The notes under the pieces were generated by a model that did no database searches, was not told the DNA's origin, and saw nothing but the letters and a program-made list of their open reading frames with translations. DNA of 64,000 bases from assembly GCA_023213395.1 (NCBI GenBank), contig CM041465.1, forward strand, positions 157,301,741 to 157,365,740, in the 5' to 3' direction. Each line of letters opens with the position of its first letter. Positions within the stretch are counted from its first letter, which is position 1. Shown here piece by piece: positions 54,439 to 64,000 of the stretch. Both the position numbers and the translations under genes were made by a program. This DNA comes from Cycas panzhihuaensis. Its lineage: Eukaryota > Plantae > Cycadophyta.

Positions 54439-54850
54439 TGTTAAAATGATAATGTTATATTTAATAATTACCAAATGTATGTTTATTAATGTTAAAATTT
54501 ATATTATTGTAGAGATCATTGAAATAAAACTGTCCATTTTAACGAATCCTCATATATTTATAAATCAATCTCCTAGATTCTAGGAGATTGGGTTAGGTCA
54601 GCCATAATTATAGGGTAGACTAGTCAAATAATTGGAGATTCTTGTATGAATATACTAGTTGTTTTGTACTGCAACAAATGAGGATGAGATTTTATTTTAA
54701 CCCTCATCTATTTCATTTATGATTCTAATTTATATTAATAAAATATATATATTTACAGGTGGTTTTTTTTCCCTTTAAGTGTTTTCCACCTACCAACAGT
54801 ATGTGTAAATTTGACTGGTTGATGTTTTCTCTTACCCTCTCTCTCTAATA
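54439..54850 (+). repeat. 3' LTR of copia F (412 bp)
   Basis: Direct repeat of 41944-42354, followed by TSD GAAAG. Confidence 0.95.
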
Positions 54851-57800
54851 GAAAGGATAAAGAAATAGGTGAAATAATATCTAGTTAGATGATCATAGCT
54901 CCCAAGCACCATTATAAGAGAAAGGATATCCCTTTCATGGCATTTGATGATTAATCTTACCTTTGGATTGCCTTATTAGCTAACGTCTTTAATTATGAGG
55001 ATAATGTAAAGCTATATTTAATGCATTCTTACATTATATCCTAAAGCCAATAAATAAGATTGCCCTTGGATTAGGCAATAGTCCTAAATGATTGTACCGT
55101 TGAGCAATTGAGCATTATATTTTCTAGTGGTCATTTGAATATAATGGAATATTTAATTTATGCAATTTTGGCAATATTGAAGATTACCCATATTCCTCTA
55201 AAATAGAAATTACTCACAGAGGGCATACCCATTTACTTCTAGTTCTCTAAGGCATGAGAATCAAAAGCGCCATTATTCTATTATGAGTTAGTATCTAAAT
55301 TTTCATTTATAGTAGCAAAGTTATGTTATGAGCCACTTAAAATAAATGAGGATGTTATGAAATAGACCATGGGGATAGGTCAAAAAAGAAATAGAGATTT
55401 CTATCTATTTAAATATTTCTGCACCATTTGGTTATATGGGTATTAAAATTATGCCTTAGATTAGCCTAGGTGCTCATCTACCTAGTTATGTTTCGTGGAA
55501 GCATATGGTAAATTAACATTAATCAAGGTTATGTTATATCCTAAAAAGCCCCATATTACATTAAGGCCAATACATATAGGTTATTGGGAGGTAGTTAGAT
55601 AAATAGACATTGACATTATGTATGCCCCATTAAAAGTATGTAGATTGAGAAAGACTTCAAAAAAGTATTATGGCCTAAATGAAGTAATTTATAGGTACTT
55701 AGTAGCCATACAATTATTATACCAAAAGCACATGCTTGATGGCCTTTAAATCCTCAAAAACTTAGAAACTAGGGTAAATATTTATATATCCAGTCTACAA
55801 TTCTCTCTTATTAAATTTTTTAGTGTAGGTGCTATTAATCTTAACATACAAAGTGATGAGGGATTAATTTTAAATGAATTGTTAAATAATATTATCCCCC
55901 TTGCCAAGAAAAAGATAAGAGCATCTGGCTAGATACCCAGTCAAAAAAGAAAAGCTCCTTCTTTAAGTCCTTTTTATCAAATGGTAAGGCCTCAACAACC
56001 ACTAATTGTAGCATAAGAAACACTACAGGTTATAATAAAAATAATGTCACTACGAGCATCACCATGAAGGCCACAACTAATACTTAATATATGTTCTTAA
56101 CAAGCACCATATACTAGTCCTAAAAGAGTAAAATTTATATAAGGAGAAAAGGTATTGCATAAACACCCTACAATTATACCTCTTATTAGTAGAGCTGTGT
56201 GGAAGAAGTAAAAACAAGCTATATTATAACACCAAGCAATTTAAGAAATAAATAAGTATCTCATTCACTCTAGAAATGGTTAATATGGTAGTTTAAAATA
56301 TTATCAATTACTTTACTAAGGTACCAATATTAATAATTGGGGTGGGCTTAAATATGCTTATTTTAAAAGCAATCACTATCGTGGGATAAGAAAATCTATT
56401 GGTCAATCCAATACCTTTATAATAAGAAGTTGCAAAATAGGTGGAGGGCCTTGCTCAAGATAATCTATAGTAATAATATACTTATAACCAAGAAGGCCCA
56501 TAACTTGAGGAGATGATAGAGGGCTCAAGTTAGTCTCCCTTAGAAATGCAAGAACAAGAGCTATTATAAGTGAGACAGATAGAGTAGATAATAAATAGTA
56601 GCCCTCAATGACATACACAAGCTAATCAATCTTAGGGAGATATTGAGGAGTGACCATTTGTATTAGATCCTTGGGTTTAAACGTAGATGAAGGCTAGAAG
56701 GCCATCCTCTATAGAAACCCGAGTCTTAACTATTAATGAAACAATAAAGAAAATATTTTATCAATGGAAGAAAGATGATAAGGTAGTATAAAAGGCTATA
56801 GTTAAGGGAGGAAATAAAATAAAGACCGTTTCATGGTCTATAAAGGATGAGTTACTAGTTAAGTCTATAGAATTACATATGGATATAAGGAAGGTGGTGA
56901 AAGAAAAGGTCAACTATCTCTATTCATAATTGAAAAATGTAATGATAAAGAATTAGACCTTAAGCACTGAAAATATGGCCTTCTAAAGAAGGTAAACCAC
57001 TTAACTCAGCCACAAGGAAATTTGTTTATGAAACCTCTATAATCTAGAGCCATAAATAATGTGGAGAAGATGTAAAGTAATGTAACTAAGGGTGAGAAGG
57101 TTATTTAGGCAATACAAGCCATGATGGAGATATATATTAAAGAGGGAAAATAGTTAGCCCCTAAGTTGTGAGACTTCACGAACCAACTAATCAAGCTCAA
57201 ATATAGGTTAGCTATAGTCAATTCAATCTCCACCATAATGTAAACTACCTTTGAGCAAGAATTATAGGAGTCAAATTCATTCGCTATATTAAAATAGAGG
57301 GTGGCTATGCTTGTTGCACAAGTTGATCCAATCAAGCTATTTATTCAATGATAGAAGTATATATTAGGTATAAATATTATAAGGGCTAGAAAGATGGTAG
57401 GGGAGTTGAAGGAACTTGAGGTTATTTTAGTTGAACCTTTGCATTCTAATGTAGTCTCCCTAATAAAGGGGTGTACTACCTCTTCCCTAGAGGAGGAGAA
57501 ACTACTTAGTAAGGAGGAATTTATTAAAAAAATAGAGGCTAAAATAAGAGAAGCCTTGAGTTTATCTTTGGGCAGGAGACTAAGCTCCTTTAACAAGCCT
57601 TGTAAATATATAATTAGACTTCCTAATATGTAAACCCCTAAAGTTTAATAAATAGGGAAGAATGTTAATTAACCACAATTAAGGAGGAGATTTATAGGCC
57701 AAAAGCTAGTATATAGTTGGTTAACCCACAATTAATCTCACAACTCAGACAAGAGTTAGCAAATAAAAAGGGGAGATTGTCAGTAACTGCGTAGGTTGAA

Positions 57801-59249
57801 TCTAACCTAAAGAAGTAAACAGGTGAACCTAACATTTACGTATGCATTTAATCAACATATTAAATTTTAGAAATTAATCATTTAAGGAGGCAACTTAGCT
57901 GATTAGATGACATGCCAACTTAGAGTTAATATGAACGTTATTACTTCATGAACTACAAATAGGCAAGAAGTGATTCAACTCAAATGGTTAGGAAAGAATT
58001 TGATGCCATGCATGCCAAACATACTTGTTACTTATTGGTAAGTTAGTTAAATACATTAATGCCCTAGCCCTTGGCAAATGATCATAGGAGGATATAAAAG
58101 GGAGAAATATAAAGAAATAAAGATTTAATTTCTATTAAGCCTGACAAGTAAAAATTTTGTATTATGAAACTTTCTTACTTCTTTTCTTCCTTTTCTTTTT
58201 TCATTAATATGTGTTGAGCATAATGGTATGTTACTTTTCTCAAGTCTATATGTCATAAAGGTAAACCCATATGAAAATCTTAGGTCATAAATGGAAGTTC
58301 AACAATTGTGGAAGTATCAAATGGGTTGAATTCATGAAGGTATTATGTATATATATCTATACAAGGTTAACACCTTAGGTTGTTAGAGATTTTGGGTAGC
58401 TCTGCTCTTTTTTCTTATGTAAACTAATTTTCTTTTTGTATCATATTATAATACAAGTCATTTAGCCCAATTTGTACTTATGAGATAATTTGATATTTTA
58501 ATACATATATTTTTTCATGGATTCTCATTGTTAAGAATTATTCTAATGGTAAAATTATTGAATAAATGTACATCAACCTTGTGAGATATATATTTTAAAA
58601 AGTGCATGTCATTATGATTTTCTTCTTTCCTTTAAGTTATCGATGCATTTGCTTTTGTTTCTAAGTGTGATTGTTTAGCTTACTTGGCTATTATATCATG
58701 TAAAAGGTATTGTATAAATATTGGTAACATGTGTTTTCTATCCCTTGATCTTCTTTTGCATCGAAGTTTTCATGTTGCAAACTACAAATCAGGTTATTTA
58801 GCTTTGTTGATATACCTGCTTAATAATTTAGCATCACATCTCTTATTCTTCCTTCTCTTTTCCCATATTCACATGTCAATGAGTGAGTTAAGCCATTAAA
58901 ATTAGCCAATGTTCTTATTCATTAGTCTAATATCTTTCTCCTCCTTCTTTATCTCCCTATCAAGTTATACATTTATATATTAAGTGATCAAGCTATGATG
59001 ATCTACCTAAGTACTAACTTGTACTATTGGAACCCTTACTCTCTTTGTATCCTTTCCATCACATTATGCTTTAGAAATTTTGTCATTATATATTAATACC
59101 AACATCATTTATAAAATAAAATCACCATTATTAAAGTAAAGGATATCTTAATAGCTTATTACGACCATCAACCTTGGGGAAGCCTCAAATATTTGTAGAC
59201 TAGTACATCTTTATCTAGGCATTTTGGATAACATATAGACAAAGGATAG

Positions 59250-59620
59250 CATCTCTAAATATCGCTTAAGGAGTTCATATATGAGGACTGGATTAGACAA
59301 GTCAGGTAACTTAAACTAAAGAAGATAGGTGAAACCCAACTCACAACTTATTAGTAAAGCCTCACCTCTAAAAGAAAAGCTCAAGTAAAAAATGACCAAA
59401 ACCTACAATTTACGAAATTTAGAGAGGGAAAAAATGTGCTCAAACTTGAGTATTTACATGATATATAACACAAATTTGTTCTTAAATATGTAGGTCCATT
59501 CATCATAATTAAAGATCTCTGTAATGGAGCTTATCCCTTGGCCATGTCAAAAGGCCTAAAGTTTAAGAATTCATATAATTATCAATACATCTGTAAATAT
59601 TATGCTTTGAGTTGAAAAGG
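59250..59620 (+). pseudogene. Ty3/gypsy integrase C-terminal (GPY/F) remnant
   Basis: KFVLKYVGPFIIIKDLCNGAYPLA at about 59470-59545 fits the Tat/Athila-type pattern KF.P.W.GPY.I......GAY.L. Confidence 0.6.
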
Positions 59621-60566
59621 GGAGCTTACTCCTATATGAGTATAAACTAGAGGGTAAACTATTACTCTTCCCTTTGATAGGCAAATTATGTGTTAAATTC
59701 CTAGGTTGCTTATAATCGACAAATTTTAGGGAGCATCTTTCGAGAGAAATCAAATGAATAGCTATAAAGAAAAAGCAAATAAGAACAATTGACTGCTTAT
59801 AACAAGTAAAAGCAAGTTGAAGAAGGACACATATGATTCCAACACCTTGTGACCATAAGGCTTCTCTTCACAAATCATTTACTATGTTTTCTTTAAGATA
59901 CGCCATATTTTATCATATAACCTATTTTCTTTAAAACAACCTATTTGCCCCACCCATGGGATTGATGTGCCGACTTTGGTAGGGATGCCATTTATTACCT
60001 AGATTGATAAAAACAACATTTCTATTCATTACGTAAAAGGTATGGCAAGTTCAATCTAAGCATTAATGCAAAGCTTGCTAATTAACATTCATTGGTGGAG
60101 TCATGATGTGCATAATGCATACAACAATGACAATAATGGATTGTACTCATATAAGAGGAATAAGGGCCTCTATATGCTAAACAACTTGATATAACATGGT
60201 TACCACCTCACTCCGTTGTATTCACATGTCACTGTGAAGTTTGTAAGCCATACGTCCTATAAAGCGATGTTTTAAAGCTCCCAAGACTCATGTGGCCTCC
60301 CCTTAGGGTCACTTGAGACCTGGTGGCGAGTGCTTTAAAGCCCCTCTGTACTCGTTAGGACTTGAGAAGCACGTTTTCTCAAACTTTTAAACCCCTCCTC
60401 TCTTTTTTTTATTAGGACTCCTAAATTAGAGGAGAAACGTCGAAGGTCCTCCATACTCGTTTCTTCCCGGATACTCTGTTTTTCTTCAGTGTGCAGGTAG
60501 CTTGTACTTGTGCTCGGTGGTCGTTCAAGGGCAAAGTTCAGGCTTCAAATTTTGAGCAAATAGAAT

Positions 60567-60580
60567 ATGTTTCTCACAAG
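60567..60580 (+). CDS. PAE1: 20S proteasome subunit alpha type-5, coding exon 1 (MFLT-R)
   Basis: ATG TTT CTC ACA AG followed by donor GTGGGT; joins exon 2 in phase 2. Confidence 0.93.
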
Positions 60581-60701
60581 GTGGGTGCATTTATCATTTA
60601 TTTTTTGGTTACGTTAATTGCCTTTGTCTGTATATGCTTTCAGGCAATGGTTTCCTGTTATCGTAGATTTTGGTAGAAGCAATTGCTTGTTGGGTTTGCA
60701 G

Positions 60702-60783
60702 GACTGAGTATGACAGAGGTGTCAACACCTTCTCTCCCGAGGGTCGATTGTTCCAGGTTGAATATGCCATTGAAGCGATTAAG
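60702..60783 (+). CDS. PAE1: 20S proteasome subunit alpha type-5, coding exon 2
   Basis: TGCAG acceptor; encodes [27 protein letters not shown] (alpha-subunit N-terminal signature); donor GTGTGC. Confidence 0.97.
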
Positions 60784-60877
60784 GTGTGCATTGTTGTTTC
60801 CTTGATTAACTGTTATTTTATTTCATTTGTTGGAATGTATTAGGTAGCTAAACCCAGGTTAAAAATGTGATGTGCAG

Positions 60878-60958
60878 CTGGGTTCGACTGCAGTGGGGCT
60901 CAAGACAAAGCAGGGAGTGGTCTTGGCGGTAGAGAAACGTATCACGTCCCCATTATTG
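60878..60958 (+). CDS. PAE1: 20S proteasome subunit alpha type-5, coding exon 3 (gene continues beyond window)
   Basis: TGCAG acceptor; encodes [27 protein letters not shown]; donor GTTTGT. The expected next exon (EPSSVEKI...) was not found before 64000. Confidence 0.97.
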
Positions 60959-61377
60959 GTTTGTTTGCTCTCTGAACCTATTTATTTTGACAGTTACACC
61001 TCGTACTCGAGCAGACCAGTTATTGATACACAAATTGAATGATTTGGCCCAAGCACTCAAGGCATTACGAAAATAATAAAAAACAAGATCACTGAAGATA
61101 AGGGTGAACAAATAATTTTACATGCTTAAAAGAGCCGAGTCCGGCTCCGGCCTGGTCCGGGTGTGGTATTTATACTAATACTTCTTAAGCTAACCCATCT
61201 ATTGACCTAATCCCGGCTGGATCAAATGCAACGCCTTAACCCTAAGGGGGACGAAAACCCTAGCCGATCAAATCGCCCGACCTAAGCCATCTATTATTCA
61301 ACGGTGAATGTTAATTCCCCATTATTTATACCTAAGCCAACTATCTTAGGATTTGTGATAATAAGTTTACAGTGACT

Positions 61378-61570
61378 ACCCGAGGGGTAGCCTGAGCGTT
61401 GAAGACTGATTGCTTTTACCAGGTTAATTGGAGTTTAAATGCTGTAGGGAGTACGTTGAGCCTACGTCGCACTTGTGTAGTGGGAAGGTCCCAAGGGCTG
61501 CTGTTATAATGCGATGAGTGATACCGTGTTGAAAGTTCAAGAGACCCAATGACTACAATATACAAAAAAA
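61378..61570 (+). mobile_element. Possible tRNA-derived SINE in PAE intron 3
   Basis: A-box-like TAGCCTGAGCGT at about 61388, B-box-like GAGTTTAAATGC at about 61431, about 190 bp long, ends in A7. No clear TSD. Confidence 0.4.
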
Positions 61571-62154
61571 TATCTTGGCCTCAAAGTCGTGCAGGGAGGT
61601 TTGCGGTGCTCCCAAATCTAATTGACTTGTTGAGTCTTCATCTGGGAAATACTTGGTTAGCTGTTAGTTCTTCCTTGAAGAGCAAGATTTGTTCATTACC
61701 ACCTCTAGATGTCCATCTTTGCAGTTTTACTGTAACTCCTTTGTTTCTTGTCCAGTCTTGTCCGCATGGTTATAAATGTGAGAACATAAAACACATTTGT
61801 GTACCCTTGTAGATGCAGCAATTCTGTTGTCATGCTGCTTCTCCAACTTTTTCAATGACCCTTGTAGAGTACAAAATATTTTAATTGTAGTTTCTCTGCA
61901 AAGACATAGTTACAAGGTTTGGGAGATATGCCAGCTAGAAAAACATGGGAAAATTTTTACATACAAAAAGCATGGTGGTAAACAAATGTGCCAGTATATA
62001 CTTATTAAACAAAAGAAACCATAGAAAACAGGGAAAATAAACTGATAAAAATTGATATTTATGCATATTTCAATCTTAATGCAAATTTTGAGTGCCTTAG
62101 GCCTTCAAAACTATAACTTAAACATCCTCAAAGTCAAAACCATTAGTCTGCAAA

Positions 62155-62390
62155 AATGAGCAGTGCTTGAAGTCCAGTAGTCACCAGTAGGAAAAACACA
62201 GTTTCCACTCTGCAGAAGTGAGCAGTCCTAGCGGCACAGTAGTGATCACTAAAGAAAAATGACAGTCGACCCTTTAGAGAGGTGAGCAGTCCCAATGGCC
62301 CAACAGTGAGCACTAGAGTAAACTCTCCAGAAGTGGGTAGTCTCCATTGGCAGTCTCCAGAAGTGAGCAGTCTCTAGCACTCACTGGTAT
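62155..62390. repeat. Degenerate short repeats with core AGAAGTGAGCAGTC
   Basis: Core or variants at about 62157, 62215, 62277, 62329 and 62359. Confidence 0.7.
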
Positions 62391-64000
62391 CTGGAAGACG
62401 CTCAATGTCAAGCACTGTGCAGCCAAAAAAATAAAAAGGAGGACTCACAGAGAACTTGCAATGTTAAAGAACTTGATAGTTCGTATATGAGGAAATAAAA
62501 AACTAAGGATCAAAGGTATAAAATATATGCCCCTTTCTCCCGCTGGGTAACAAATAGCTTAAGCTTAATTCATGGTTAACAGCCAAGGATCAGAGGCTTA
62601 AAATGTATGCCATATAAATATGGCAAAAGTCAGGTACATGCGTATACATGTATTTTGTGCAAGTATTGGTGCTTTTTGCAACTACACTTGAAAATCGCCT
62701 TCATATGCTGCAGCCTGAGGACCTCCTCAGCTCCAAACTCTTTCTTAGTTGTCTGTTGATCAACCCTTGAGGCCCATTTTCTATGTCTATCATGGCCATT
62801 TTGTTTCCAGCATCAAATTTTTGTTAGTCTTCTATGGATGAATCTTCAATTTCATCAAATTCTATTATGGCCATTCCATGGGCTGGTTTGTGATTTCTGC
62901 CATGCATACTTGAGCTATTGTACTGCAGGGGCACTCACACCTTAAAATTTATTCATGGGAATGAGTACCGGGGTTTAATAATGTATGCGCAAAACTTGCA
63001 CATGGGCACTTGGGATGATCGGAAACAGTTCCAACGGTAGAGTGGCAAAAATGAGAGTGCAAAACAGTGAAAATCCTACATTGGAATGGTTGCAATGGCT
63101 ACAGTTCAGCATTCTAGCTCTCAGAACGATTGACAGACTACTATGGAATGGGAATGGTCTCAAGGGAATGGGTATGGCAAGAGGAGAATGGGAATGGTTA
63201 AGAACGGATGGTTCTTTGCCACTCCAACAACTACGACGAAAAGTATTTGTATGGTTGTACTGGTGTAGACTCATGCAAAAGGTCCCATTATCAAGTTGTA
63301 ATTATGATTTCTTATGAAAAATTCAAAAGTCACATGTAATGGTTGTACTTTTGGGTCAAAGTAGATGTAAAAGGAGATAAATAGGTCATTCTTACCTCGG
63401 CTTCAATGTGAGAGCTGAGTTCCTCAAGCATATGTAGCAGTAAAACACTGTACTTGGCTATTGCTTAATAGAATGATTAGTTACGAGGAAAGTTGGTGTA
63501 TGATCGATATGAGTATGCTTGTATGAGTGTTTCCTTTACAACATATGTGTGTGCATGAGTGTGTTAACATGCAATAGCAAGTCAATGAGGTGAGCAAGGC
63601 TTGAAAACATGTCAGGTGTGGCATCAAGGTGAAGAGAACACATGGCCAAAGTACAAATGGGTGGTTTTGGGACAACCGACCAAGCTTTAGCCAAACATTG
63701 CTTTTGTTGTTAAATTTCTTGGTTGAAGAAGAGAATTTGAGTTTAATCGAGTACATGCCTAGATTAACAAGGATACAAGCTGTCGATACAATGGTAGCTT
63801 CTAACTAAACCATGGCAACTAGGGGACCCTCCAATGCCACCTAAGAAGCTTTCAAGCTAAGGAATGCCATAATCAAGTCAACAAAGTATGATACGATGGG
63901 TTGGCGAGCATAAAGTATGATGAGTGTAGAAGAAAGGAATGTCATCAAAAGGTGAGGCCAAGGACAGGTCCATTGACACATTTGAAAGAAGTGGGTTGTT

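Larger units (their letters stand above)
41944..54850 (+). mobile_element. Full-length Ty1/copia element F with L1 copy 3 inserted in its leader
   Basis: LTRs 41944-42354 and 54439-54850; TSD GAAAG on both sides; PBS TGGTATCAGAG 42355-42365 (tRNA-iMet type); PPT AAAGGGGGA 54430-54438. Confidence 0.96.
41700..58550 (+). mobile_element. 3' half of old LTR element G (extra ORF, PPT, LTR), split by copia F
   Basis: Stop-riddled coding-like sequence at 41700-41943 and 54856-57633; PPT AAAAAGGGGAGAT then TGT at 57765-57780; LTR-like sequence from 57778 with TATAAAA at about 58094. Both outer boundaries are uncertain. Confidence 0.55.

Noticed and set aside
60430-60541. Possible 5'-UTR intron of PAE
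   Set aside because: An acceptor-like TTTTCTTCAG/TGCAG is present, but no convincing donor-acceptor pair of adequate length; needs transcript data.
62155-62390. Repeat-spacer pattern resembling a CRISPR array
   Set aside because: Repeats are degenerate with irregular spacing, there are no cas genes, and the context is a eukaryotic intron.
62975-63317. Overlapping 99-aa and 110-aa ORFs
   Set aside because: No recognisable domain, no similarity to the expected PAE exon 4, and located in an intron.

Overview
Eukaryotic (land-plant) nuclear DNA; the mutation pattern and element families suggest a large-genome gymnosperm-like species (inference). Positions 1 to about 59,700 are a stack of nested, mostly inactivated retrotransposons. 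There are three near full-length RNase H-bearing L1 LINEs (1-6257 +, 23108-29163 +, 43615-49922 -) and one much older L1 (21731-38865 -). There are four Ty1/copia elements, two related non-autonomous LTR elements, a solo LTR, gypsy fragments, and an LTR element carrying a large decayed extra ORF. Most insertions can be ordered from target-site duplications (TSDs). The only host gene is a 20S proteasome alpha-5 subunit (PAE/PSMA5); its first three coding exons lie at 60567-60958 and a long intron runs out of the window. The most unusual signals are: (1) an upstream reading frame plus a GT-AG intron-like segment at the 5' end of the L1 family, which in copy 1 would splice in frame onto ORF1; (2) tandem LTR-end+PBS units suggesting stepwise LTR growth; (3) the roughly 3 kb extra ORF; (4) a deletion-riddled but CpG-rich L1 copy that may be an assembly artefact. 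No rRNA, intact tRNA gene or CRISPR array was seen. All alignments were made by eye.
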